From: the human T2T-CHM13v2.0 reference genome, Homo sapiens
Assembly: GCF_009914755.1 (NCBI RefSeq)
Contig: NC_060934.1
Direction: 5' to 3' (one strand)
DNA: 64,000 nt
The notes under the pieces were generated by a model that worked only from the letters and a program-made list of their open reading frames with translations, was not told the DNA's origin and did no database searches. This document shows, piece after piece, positions 12,001 through 25,200 of the stretch (positions are counted from its first letter, which is position 1; every line of letters begins with the position of its first letter). A program made the position numbers and the translations under genes.

Positions 12001-15000
12001 AGAGAGAGCAGAGTTGAAACACTCTTCTTGTGGAATTTGCTAGTGCAGATTTCCAACGCTTCGAAGACAGTGATAGAAAAGGATATATCTTCGTATTAAA
12101 ACTAGACAAAATCATTCTCAGAAAACACTTTGTGATGTGTGTGTTCAACTCACAGAGTTTAACCTTTCTTTAATCGAGCAGTTTGGAAATACACTCTTTG
12201 TAAGTCTGCAGGTGGATAATTGGCCCTCTTTGAGCCCTTCATTGGAAACGGGATTTCCTCATATAATGCTAGACAGAAGAATTCTCAGTAACTTCTTTGT
12301 GTTGTTTGTATTCAACTCACAGATTTGAACCTTCCTTTAGAGAGAGCAGATTTGAAACACTCTGTTTTTGGAATTTGCAAGTGCAGATTTCAAGCGCTTC
12401 TAGGCCTATGGCAGAAAAGGAAATATCTTTGTATAAAAACTACACAGAATCATTATCAACAACTACTTTGTGATGTGTGCTTTCAACTCACAGAGTTTAA
12501 CCTTTCTTTTCTTAGAGCAGTTTGGAAACACTCTGTTTGTAAAGCCTGCAAGTGCTTTTTTGGACTTCATTGAGGCCTTCGTTGGAAACGGGATTTCTTC
12601 ATATAATGCTAGCAGAAGAATTCTCAGTCAGTTCTTTGTGTTGTGTGTATTCAAGTCACAGAGTTGAACCTTCTTTTAGCAGAGCAGTTTTGAAAAATTC
12701 TTTCTGTGGAATTTGCAAGTGGAGATTTCAAGCGATTTGAGGCTAATCTTTGAAATGGAAATATCTTCGTGTAAAAACTACACAGAATCATTCTCAGAAA
12801 CTGCTTTGTTATCTGTGCGTTCAGTTCACAGAGTTTCACCTTTCTCTTCATAGAGCAGTTTGGAAAGACTCTGTCTGTAAGTCTGCAAGTGATTAGTTAG
12901 ACCCCTTTGAGGCCTTCGTTGGAAGCGGGATTTCTCATTTACTGCTAGACAGAAGAATTCTCAGTAAATCCTTTGTGTTGTGTGTATTCAACTCACAGAG
13001 TGGAACCTTCCTTTATTCAGAGCAGTTTTGAAAAACACTTTTTGTGGAATTTGCAAGTGGAGATTTCAAGCGATTTGACGCCAATCTTAGACATGGAAAT
13101 ATCTTCATATTAAAAGTACACAGAGTCATTCGTAGAAACTAGTTTGTGATGTGTGCCTTCAACTCACAGAGTTTAACCTTTCTTTTCATAGAGCAGTTTG
13201 GAAACACTCTGTTTGTAAAGTCTGCAAGTGGATATTTGGACCTCTTTGAGGCCTTCGTTGGAAACGGGATTTCTTCATACAACGCTAGACAGAAGAATTC
13301 TCAGTAACTTCTTTGTGTTGTGTGTATTCAACTCACAGAGTTGAACCTTTCTTTAGAGAGAGCAGAGTTGAAACACTCTGTTTTTGGAATTTGCAAGTGC
13401 AGATTTCAAGCGATTCTAGGCCTATGGCAGAAAAGGAAATATCTTCGTATAAAAACTACACAGAATCATTCTCAACAACTACTCTGTGATGTGTGCGTTC
13501 AACTCACAAAGTTTAACCTTTCTTTTCATAGAGAAGTTTGGAAACACTCTGTTTGTAAAGCCTGCAAGTGCTTTTTTGGACTTCATTGAGGCCTTCGTTG
13601 GAAACGGGATTTCTTCATATAATGCTAGACAGAAGAATTCTCAGTAAATCTTTGGGTTGTGTTTATTCAACTCACAGAGTGGAACCTTCCTTTATTCAGA
13701 GCAGTTTTGAAACACTCTTTTTGTGGAATTTGCAAGTGGAGATTTCAAGCGATTTGACTCCAATCTTAGACATGGAAATATCTTCATATTAAAAGTACAC
13801 AGAGTCATTCGTAGAAACTAGATTGTGATGTGTGCCTTCAACTCACAGAGTTTAACCTTTCTTTTCATAGAGCAGTTCGGAAACACTCTATTTGTAAAGT
13901 CTGCAAGTGGATATTTGGACCTCTTTGAGGCCTTCATTGGAAACGGGATTTCTTCATATAACGCTAGACAGAAGAATTTTCAGTAACTTCTTTGTGTTGT
14001 GTATATTCAACTCACAGAGTTGAACCTTTCTTTAGAGAGAGCAGAGTTGAAACACTCTTTTTGTGGAATTTGCTAGTGCAGATTTCAAACGCTTCGAAGA
14101 CAGTGATAGCAAAGGATATATCTTCGTATTAAAACTTGACAAAATCATTCTCAGAAAACACTTTGTGATGTGTGTGTTCAACTCACAGAGTTTAACCTTT
14201 CTTTAATCGAGCAGTTTGGAAATACACTCTTTGTAAGTCTGCAGGTGGATAATTGGCCCTCTTTGAGCCCTTCGTTGGAAACGGGATTTCCTCATATAAT
14301 GCTAGACAGAAGAATTCTCAGTAACTTCTTTGTGTTGTTTGTATTCAACTCACAGATTTGAACCTTCCTTTAGAGAGGGCAGATTTGAAACACTCTGTTT
14401 TTGGAATTTGCAAGTGCAGATTTCAAGCGCTTCTAGGCCTATGGCAGAAAAGGAAATATCTTCGTATAAAAACTACACAGAATCATTCTCAACAACTACT
14501 TTGTGATGTGTGCGTTCAACTCACAGAGTTTAACCTTTCTTTTCATAGAGCAGTTTGGAAACACTCTGTTTGTAAAGCCTGCAAGTGCTTTTTTGGACTT
14601 CATTGAGGCCTTCGTTGGAAACGGGATTTCTTCATATAATGCTAGACAGAAGAATTCTCAGTCACTTCTTTGTGTTGTGTGTATTCAAGTCACAGAGTTG
14701 AACCTTCCTTTAGACAGAGCAGTTTTGAAAAATTCTTTCTGTGGAGTTTGCAAGTGGAGATTTCAAGCGATTTGAGGCTAATCTTTGAAATGGAAATATC
14801 TTCGTGTAAAAACTACACAGAAGCATTCTCAGAAACTGCTTTGTCATCTGTGCGTTCAGTTCACAGAGTTTCACCTTTCTCTTCATAGAGCAGTTTGGAA
14901 AGATTCTGTCTGTAAAGTCTGCAAGTGATTAGTTAGACCCCTTTGAGGCCTTCGTTGGAAGCGGGATTTCTCATTTACTGCTAGACAGAAGAATTCTCAG

Positions 15001-18000
15001 TAAATCCTTTGTGTTGTGTGTATTCAACTCACAGAGTGGAACCTTCCTTTATTCAGAGCAGTTTTGAAAAACACTTTTTGTGGAATTTGCAAGTGGAGAT
15101 TTCAAGCGATTTGACGCCAATCTTAGACATGGAAATATCTTCATATTAAAAGTACACAGATTCATTCGTAGAAACTAGTTTGTGATGTGTACCTTCAACT
15201 CACAGAGTTTAACCTTTCTTTTCATAGAGCAGTTTGGAAACACTCTATTTGTAAAGTCTGCAAGTGGATATTTGGACCTCTTTGAGGCCTTCGTTGGAAA
15301 CGGGATTTCTTCATACAACGCTAGACAGAAGAATTCTCAGTAACTTCTTTGTGTTGTGTGTATTCAACTCACAGAGTTGAACCTTTCTTTAGAGAGAGCA
15401 GAGTTGAAACACTCTGTTTTTGGAATTTGCAAGTGTAGATTTCAAGCGATTCTAGGCCTATGGCAGAAAAGGAAATATCTTCGTATAAAGACTACACAGA
15501 ATCATTCTCAACAACTACTTTGTGATGTGTGCGTTCAACTCACAAAGTTTAACCTTTCTTTTCATAGAGAAGTTTGGAAACACTCTGTTTGTAAAGCCTG
15601 CAAGTGCTTTTTTGGACTTCATTGAGGCCTTCGTTGGAAACGGGATTTCTTCATATAATGCTAGACAGAAGAATTCTCAGTAAATCCTTTGTGTTGTGTT
15701 TATTCAACTCACAGAGTGGAACCTTCCTTTATTCAGAGCAGTTTTGAAACACTCTTTTTGTGGAATTTGCAAGTGGAGATTTCAAGCGATTTGACGCCAA
15801 TCTTAGACATGGAAATATCTTCATATTAAAAGTACACAGAATCATTCGTAGAAACTAGTTTGTGATGTGTGCCTTCACTTCACAGAGTTTAACCTTTCTT
15901 TTCATAGAGCAGTTCGGAAACACTCTATTTGTAAAGTCTGCAAGTGGATATTTGGACCTCTTTGAGGCCTTCGTTGGAAAAGGGTTTTCTTCATATAACG
16001 CTAGACAGAAGAATTCTCAGTAACTTCTTTGTGTTGTGTGTATTCAACTCACAGAGTTGAACCTTTCTTTAGAGAGAGCAGAGTTGAAACACTCTTTTTG
16101 TGGAATTTGCTAATGCAGATTTCAAACGCTTTGAAGACAGTGATAGCAAAGGATATATCTTCGTATTAAAACTAGACAAAATCATTCTCAGAAAACACTT
16201 TGTGATGTGTGTGTTCAACTCACAGAGTTTAACCTTTCTTTAATCGAGCAGTTTGGAAATACACTCTTTGTAAGTCTGCAGGTGGATAATTTTCCCTCTT
16301 TGAGCCCTTCGTTGGAAACGGGATTTCCTCATATAATGCTAGACAGATGAATTCTCAGTAACTTCTTTGTGTTGTTTGTATTGTATTCAACTCACAGATT
16401 CGAACCTTCCTTTAGAGAGAGCAGATTTGAAACACTCTGTTTTTGGAATTTGCAAGTGCAGATTTCAAGCGCTTCTAGGCCTATGGCAGAAAAGGAAATA
16501 TCTTCGTATAAAAACTGCACAGAATCATTCTCAACAACTACTTTGTGATGTGTGCGTTCAACTCACAAAGTTTAACCTTTCTTTTCATAGAGCAGTTTGG
16601 AAACACTCTGTTTGTAAAGCCTGCAATTGCTTTTTTGGACTTCATTGAGGCCTTCATTGGAAACGGGATTTCTTCATATAATGCTAGACAGAAGAATTCT
16701 CAGTCACTTCTTTCTGTTGTGTGTATTCAAGTCACAGAGTTGAACCTTCCTTTAGACAGAGCAGTTTTGAAAAATTCTTTCTGTGGAGTTTGCAAGTGGA
16801 GATTTCAAGCGATTTGAGGCTAATCTTTGAAATGGAAATATCTTCGTGTAAAAACTACACAGAAGCATTCTCAGAAACTGCTTTGTCATCTGTGCGTTCA
16901 GTTCACAGAGTTTCACCTTTCTCTTCATAGAGCAGTTTGGAAAGACTCTGTCTTTAAAGTCTGCAAGTGATTAGTTAGACCCCTTTGAGGCCTTCGTTGG
17001 AAGTGGGATTTCTCATTTACTGCTAGACAGAAGAATTCTCAGTAAATCCTTTGTGTTGTGTGTATTCAACTCACAGAGTGGAACCTTCCTTTATTCAGAG
17101 CAGTTTTGAAAAACACTTTTTGTGGAATTTGCAAGTGGAGATTTCAAGCGATTTGACGCCAATCTTAGACATGGAAATATCTTCATATTAAAAGTACACA
17201 GAGTCATTCGTAGAAACTAGTTTGTGATGTGTGCCTTCAACTCACAGAGTTTAACCTTTCTTTTCATAGAGCAGTTTGGAAACACTCTATTTGTAAAGTC
17301 TGCAAGTGGATATTTGGACCTCTTTGAGGCCTTCGTTGGAAACGGGATTTCTTCATATAACGCTAGACAGAAGAATTCTCAGTAACTTCTTTGTGTTGTG
17401 TGTATTCAACTCACAGAGTTGAACCTTTCTTTAGAGAGAGCAGAGTTGAAACACTCTTTTTGTGGAATTTGCTAGTGCAGATTTCAAACGCTTCGAAGAC
17501 AGTGATAGCAAAGGATATATCTTCGTATTGAAACTAGACAAAATCATTCTCAGAAAACACTTTGTGATATGTGTGTTCAACTCACAGAGTTTAACCTTTC
17601 TTTAATCGAGCAGTTTGGAAATACACTCTTTGTAAGTCTGCAGGTGGATAATTGGCCCTCTTTGAGCCCTTCAATGGAAACGGGATTTCCTCATATAATG
17701 CTAGACAGAAGAATTCTCAGTAACTTCTTTGTGTTGTTTGTATTCAACACACAGATTTGAACCTTCCTTTAGAGAGAGCAGATTTGAAACACTCTGTTTT
17801 TGGAATTTGCAAGTGCAGACTTCAAGCGCTTCTAGGCCTATGGCAGAAAAGGAAATATCTTCGTATAAAAAGTACACAGAATCATTCTCAACAACTACTT
17901 TGTGATGTGTGCGTTCAACTCACAGAGTTTAACCTTTCTTTTCATAGAGCAGTTTGGAAACACTCTGTTTGTAAAGCCTGCAAGTGCTTTTTTGGACTTC

Positions 18001-20736
18001 ATTGAGGCCTTCGTTGGAAACGGGATTTCTTCATATAATGCTGGACTGAAGGATTCTCAGTCACTTCTTTGTGTTGTGTGTATTCAAGTCACAGAGTTGA
18101 ACCTTCTTTTAGACAGAGCAGTTTTGAAAAATTCTTTCTGTGGAATTTGCAATTGGAGATTTTAAGAGATTTGAGGCTAATCTTTGAAATGGAAATATCT
18201 TCGTGTAAAAACTACACAGAATCATTCTCAGAAACTGCTTTGTTATCTGTGCGTTCAGTTCACAGAGTTTCACCTTTCTCTTCATAGAGCAGTTTGGAAA
18301 GACTCTGTCTGTAAAGTCTGCAAGTGATTAGTTAGACCCCTTTGAGGCCTTCGTTGGAAGCGGGATTTCTCATTTACTGCTAGACAGAAGAATTCTCAGT
18401 AAATCCTTTGTGTTGTGTGTATTCAACTCACAGAGTGGAACCTTCCTTTATTCAGAGCAGTTTTGAAAAACACTTTTTGTGGAATTTGCAAGTGGAGATT
18501 TCAAGCGATTTGACGCCAATCTTAGACATGGAAATATCTTCATATTAAAAGTACACAGAGTCATTCGTAGAAACTAGTTTGTGATGTGTGCCTTCAACTC
18601 ACAGAGTTTAACCTTTCTTTTCATAGAGCAGTTTGGAAACACTGTATTTGTAAAGTCTGCAAGTGGATATTTGGACCTCTTTGAGGCCTTCGTTGGAAAT
18701 GGGATTTCTTCATACAACACTAGACAGAAGAATTCTCAGTAACTTCTTTGTGTTGTGTGTATTCAACTCACAGAGTTGAACCTTTCTTTAGAGAGAGCAG
18801 AGTTGAAACACTCTGTTTTTGGAATTTGCAAGTGCAGATTTCAAGCGAATCTAGGCCTATGGCAGGAAAGGAAATATCTTCGTATAAAAACTACACAGAA
18901 TCATTCTCAACAACTACTTTGTGATGTGTGCGTTCAACTCACAAAGTTTAACCTTTCTTTTCATAGAGCAGTTTGGAAACACGCTGTTTGTAAAGCCTGC
19001 AAGTGCTTTTTTGGACTTCATTGAGGCCTTCGTTGGAAACGGGATTTCTTCATATAATGCTAGACAGAAGAATTCTCAGTAAATCATTTGTGTTGCGTTT
19101 ATTCAACTCACAGAGTGGAACCTTCCTTTATTCAGAGCAGTTTTGAAACACTCTTTTTGTGGAATTTGCAAGTGGAGATTTCAAGCGATTTGACGCCAAT
19201 CTTAGACATGGAAATATCTTCATATTAAAAGTACACAGAATCATTCGTAGAAACTAGTTTGTGATGTGTGCCTTCAACTCACAGAGTTTAACCTTTCTTT
19301 TCATAGAGCAGTTCAGAAACACTCTATTTGTAAAGTCTGCAAGTGGATATTTGGACCTCTTTGAGGCCATCGTTGGAAAAGGGATTTCTTCATATAACGC
19401 TAGACAGAAGAATTTTCAGTAACTTCTTTGTGTTGTGTGTATTCAACTCACAGAGTTCAACTTTTCTTTAGAGAGAGCAGAGTTGAAACACTCTTTTTGT
19501 GGAATTTGCTAGTGCAGATTTCAAACGCTTCGAAGACAGTGATAGCAAAGGATATATCTTCGTATTAAAACTAGACAAAATCATTCTCAGAAAACACTTT
19601 GTGATGTGTGTGTTCAACTCACAGAGTTTAACCTTTCTTTAATCGAGCAGTTTGGAAATACACTCTTTGTAAGTCTGCAGGTGGATAATTGGCCCTCTTT
19701 GAGCCCTTCGTTGGAAACGGGATTTCCTCATATAATGCTAGACAGAAGAATTCTCAGTAACTTCTTTGTGTTGTTTGTATTCAACTCACAGATTTGAACC
19801 TTCCTTTAGAGAGAGCAGATTTGAAACACTCTGTTTTTGGAATTTGCAAGTGCAGATTTCAAGCGCTTCTAGGCCTATGGCAGAAAAGGAAATATCTTCG
19901 TATAAAAACTACACAGAATCATTCTCAACAACTACTTTGTGATGTGTGCGTTCAACTCACAGAGTTTAACCTTTCTTTTCATAGAGCAGTTTGGAAACAC
20001 TCTGTTTGTAAAGCCTGCAAGTGCTTTTTTGGACTTCATTGAGGCCTTCGTTGGAAACGGGATTTCTTCATATAATGCTAGACAGAAGAATTCTCAGTCA
20101 CTTCTTTGTGTTGTGTGTATTCAAGTCACAGAGTTGAACCTTCTTTTAGACAGAGCAGTTTTGAAAAATTCTTTCTGTGGAATTTGCAATTGGAGATTTT
20201 AAGCGATTTGAGGCTAATCTTTGAAATGGAAATATCTTCGTGTAAAAACTACACAGAATCATTCTCAGAAACTGCTTTGTCATCTGTGCGTTCAGTTCAC
20301 AGAGTTTCACCTTTCTCTTCATAGAGCAGTTTGGAAAGACTCTGTCTGTAATGTCTGCAAGTGATTAGTTAGACCCCTTTGAGGCCTTCGTTGGAAGCGG
20401 GATTTCTCATTTACTGCTAGACAGAAGAATTCTCAGTAAATCCTTTGTGTTGTGTGTATTCAACTCACAGAGTGGAACCTTCCTTTATTCAGAGCAGTTT
20501 TGAAAAACACTTTTTGTGGAATTTGCAAGTGGAGATTTCAAGCGATTTGACGCCAATCTTAGACATGGAAAAATCTTCATATTAAAAGTACACAGAATCA
20601 TTCGTAGAAACTAGTTTGTGATGTGTGCCTTCAACTCACAGAGTTTAACCTTTCTTTTCATAGAGCTGTTCGGAAACATTCTATTTGTAAAGTCTGCAAG
20701 TGGATATTTGGACCTCTTTGAGGCCTTCGTTGGAAA
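3060..20736 (+). repeat. Tandem duplication of an 8826 bp (26-dimer, 52-monomer) super-HOR
   Basis: ORFs and rare variants recur at exactly +8826 (3311/12137, 3825/12651, 4494/13320, 6530/15356, 7541/16367, 8743/17569, 9929/18755, 11113/19939), including a 5 bp insertion and three 1 bp deletions. Confidence 0.95.
4469..4808 (+). repeat. Hybrid B/C dimer (E), first example
   Basis: It starts B-like (GAGTTGAACCTTTCTTTAGAGAGAGCAGAGTTG) and switches to C-like (TGTTTTTGG...CTAGGCCTATGG...CTCAACAACT) within TGAAACACTCT at about 4543-4553. Confidence 0.9.
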
Positions 20737-22279
20737 AGGAATTTCTTCATATAACGCTAGACAGAAAAATTCTCAGTAACTTCTTTGTGTTGTGTGTATT
20801 CAACTCACAGAGTTGAACCTTTCTTTAGAGAGAGCAGAGTTGAAACACCCTTTTTGTGGAATTTGCTAGTGCAGATTTCAAACGCTTCGAAGACAGTGAT
20901 AGAAAAGGATATATCTTCGTATTAAAACTAGACAAAATCATTCTCAGAAAACACTTTGTGATGTGTGAGTTCAACTCACAGAGTTTAACCTTTCTTTAAT
21001 CGAGCAGTTTGGAAATACACTCTTTGTAAGTCTGCAGGTGGATATTTGGCCCTCTTTGAGCCCTTCTTTGGAAACGGGATTTCCTCTTATAATGCTAGAC
21101 AGAAGAATTCTCAGTAACTTCTCTGTGTTGTTTGTATTCAACACACAGATTTGAACCTTCCTTTAGAGAGAGCAGATTTGAAACACTCTGTTTTTGGAAT
21201 TTGCAAGTGCAGATTTCAAGCACTTCTAGGCCTATGGCAGAAAAGGAAATATCTTCGTATAAAAACTACACAGAATCATTCTCAACAACTACTTTGTGAT
21301 GTGTGCGTTCAACTCACAGAGTTTAACCTTTCTTTTCATAGAGCAGTTTGGAAACACTCTGGTTGTAAAGCCTGCAAGTGGTTTTTTGGACTTCATTGAG
21401 GCCTTCGTTGGAAACGGGATTTCTTCATAGAACGCTAGACAGAAGAATTCTCAGTAACTTCTTTGTGTTGTGTGTATTCAACTCACAGAGTTGAACCTTT
21501 CTTTTGAGAGAGCAGAGTTGAAACACTCTGTTTTTGGAATTTGCAAGTGCAGATTTCAAGCGATTCTAGGCCTATGGCAGAAAAGGAAATATCTTCGTGT
21601 AAAAACTACACAGAATCATTCTCAACAACTACTTTGTGATGTGTGCGTTCAACTCACAGAGTTTAACCTTTCTTTTCATAGAGCAGTTTGGAAACACTCT
21701 GTTTGTAAAGCCTGCAAGTGCTTTTTTGGACTTCATTGAGGCCTTCGTTGGAAACGGGATTTCTTCATATAATGCTAGACAGAAGAATTCTCAGTCACTT
21801 CTTTGTATTGTGTGTATTCAAGTCACAGAGTTGAACCTTCCTTTAGACAGAGCAGTTTTGAAAAATTCTTTCTGTGGAGTTTGCAAGTGGAGATTTCAAG
21901 CGATTTGAGGCTAATCTTTGAAATGGAAATATCTTCGTGTAAAAACTACACAGAATCATTCTCAGAAACTGCTTTGTCATCTGTGCGTTCAGTTCACAGA
22001 GTTTCACCTTTCTCTTCATAGAGCAGTTTGGAAAGACTCTGTCTGTAAAGTCTGCAAGTGATTAGTTAGACCCCTTTGAGGCCTTCGTTGGAAGTGGGAT
22101 TTCTCATTTACTGCTAGACAGAAGAATTCTCAGTAAATCCTTTGTGTTGTGTGTATTCAACTCACAGAGTGGAACCTTCCTTTATTCAGAGCAGTTTTCA
22201 AACACTCTTTTTGTGGAATTTGCAAGTGGAGATTTCAAGCGATTTGACGCCAATCTTAGACATGGAAATATCTTCATAT

Positions 22280-25200
22280 TAAAAGTACACAGAGTCATTC
22301 GTAGAAACTAGTTTGTGATGTGTGCCTTCAACTCACAGAGTTTAACCTTTCTTTTCATAGAGCAGTTGGGAAACACTCTATTTGTAAAGTCTGCAAGTGG
22401 ATATTTGGACCTCTTTGAGGCCTTCGTTGGAAACGGGATTTCTTCATATAACGCTAGACAGAAGAATTCTCAGTAACTTCTTTGTGTTGTGTGTATTCAA
22501 CTCACAGAGTTGAACCTTTCTTTAGAGGGAGCAGAGGTGAAACAGTCTTTTTGTGGAATTTGCTAGTGTAGATTTCAAACGCTTCGAAGTCAGTGATAGA
22601 AAAGGATATATCTTCGTATTAAAAGTAGACAAAATCATTCTCAGAAAACTCTTTGTGATGTGTGTGTTCAACTCACAGAGTTTAACCTTTCTTTAATCGA
22701 GCAGTTTGGAAATACACTCTTTGTAAGTCTGCAGGTGGATATTTGGCCCTCTTTGAGCCCTTCTTTGGAAACGGGATTTCCTCTTATAATGCTAGACAGA
22801 AGAATTCTCAGTAACTTCTCTGTGTTGTTTGTATTCAACTCACAGATTTGAACCTTCCTTTAGAGAGAGCAGATTTGAAACACTCTGTTTTTGGAATTTG
22901 CAAGTGCAGATTTCAAGCACTTCTAGGCCTATGGCAGAAAAGGAAATATCTTCGTATAAAAACTACACAGAATCATTCTCAACAACTACTTTGTGATGTG
23001 TGCGTTCAACTCACAGAGTTTAACCTTTCTTTTCATAGAGCAGTTTGGAAACACTCTGTTTGTAAAGCCTGCAAGTGCTTTTTTGGACTTCATTGAGGCC
23101 TTCGTTGGAAACGGGATTTCTTCATACAACGCTAGACAGAAGAATTCTCAGTAACTTCTTTGTGTTGTGTGTATTCAACTCACAGAGTTGAACCTTTCTT
23201 TAGAGAGAGCAGAGTTGAAACACTCTGTTTTTGGAATTTGCAAGTGCAGATTTCAAGCGATTCTAGGCCTATGGCAGAAAAGGAAATATCTTCGTATAAA
23301 AACTACACAGAATCATTCTCAACAACTACTTTGTGATGTGTGCGTTCAACTCACAAAGTTTAACTTTTCTTTTCAAAGAGCAGTTTGGAAACACTCTGTT
23401 TGTAAAGCCTGCAATTGCTCTTTTGGTCTTCATTGAGGCCTTCGTTGGAAAGGGGATTTCTTCATATAATGCTAGACAGAAGAATTCTCAGTAAATCCTT
23501 TGTGTTGTGTGTATTCAACTCACAGAGTGGAACCTTCCTTTATTCAGAGCAGTTTTGAAACACTCTTTTTGTGGAATTTGCAAGTGGAGATTTCAAGCGA
23601 TTTGATGCCAATCATAGACATGGAAATATCCTCATATTAAAAGTACACAGAGTCATTCGTAGAAACTAGTTTGTGATGTGTGCCTTCAACTCACAGAGTT
23701 TAACCTTTCTTTTCATAGAGCTGTTCGGAAACACTCTATTTGTAAAGTCTGCAAGTGGATATTTGGACCTCTTTGAGGCCTTCGTTGGAAACGGGATTTC
23801 TTCATATAACGCTAGACAGAAGAATTCTCAGTAACTTCTTTGTGTTGTGTGTATTCAACTCACAGAGTTGAACCTTTCTTTAGAGAGAGCAGAGTTGAAA
23901 CACTCTTTTTGTGGAATTTGCTAGTGCAGATTTCAAACGCTTCGAAGACAGTGATAGAAAATGATATATCCTCGTATTAAAACTAGAGAAAATCATTCTC
24001 AGAAAACACTTTGTGATGTGTGTGTTCAACTCACAGAGTTTAACCTTTCTTTAATCGAGCAGTTTGGAAATACACTCTTTGTAAGTCTGCAGGTGGATAA
24101 TTGGCCCTCTTTGAGCCCTTCGTTGGAAACGGGATTTCTTCATATAATGCTAGACAGAAGAATTCTCAGTAACTTCTTTGTGTTGTTTGTATTCAACTCA
24201 CAGATTTGAACCTTCCTTTAGACAGAGCAGATTTGAAACACTGTGTTTTTGGAATTTGCAAGTGCAGATTTCAAGCGCTTCTAGGCCTATGGCAGAAAAG
24301 GAAATATCTTCGTATAAAAACTACACAGAATCATTCTTAACAACTACTTTTTGATGTGTGCGTTCAACTCACAGAGTTTAACCTTTCTTTTCATAGAGCA
24401 GTTTGGAAACACTCTGTTTGTAAAGCATGCAAGTGCTTTTGTGGACTTCATTGAGGCCTTCGTTGGAAACGGGATTTCTTCATATAATGCTAGACAGAAG
24501 AATTCTCAGTCACTTCTTTGTGTTGTGTGTATTCAAGTCACAGAGTTGAACCTTCCTTTAGACAGAGCAGTTTTGAAAAATTCTTTCTGTGGAGTTTGCA
24601 AGTGGAGATTTCAAGCGATTGGAGGCTAATCTTTGAAATGGAAATATCTTCGTGTAAAAACTACACAGAATCATTCTCAGAAACTGCTTTGTCATCTGTG
24701 CGTTCAGTTCACAGAGTTTCACCTTTCTCTTCATAGAGCAGTTTGGAAAGACTCTGTCTGTAAAGTCTGCAAGTGATTAGTTAGACCCCTTTGAGGCCTT
24801 CGTTGGAAGCGGGATTTCTCATTTACTGCTAGACAGAAGAATTCTCAGTAAATCCTTTGTGTTGTGTGTATTCAACTCACAGAGTGGAACCTTCCTTTAT
24901 TCAGAGCAGTTTTGAAACACTCTTTTTGTGGAATTTGCAAGTGGAGATTTCAAGCGATTTGACGCCAATCTTAGACATGGAAATATCTTCATATTAAAAG
25001 TACACAGAGTCATTCGTAGAAACTAGTTTGTGATGTGTGCCTTCAACTCACAGAGTTTAACCTTTCTTTTCATAGAGCATTTGGGAAACACTCTATTTGT
25101 AAAGTCTGCAAGTGGATATTTGGACTTCTTTGAGGTCTTCGTTGGAAACGGGATTTCTTCATATAACGCTAGACAGAAGAATTCTCAGTAACTTCTTTGT

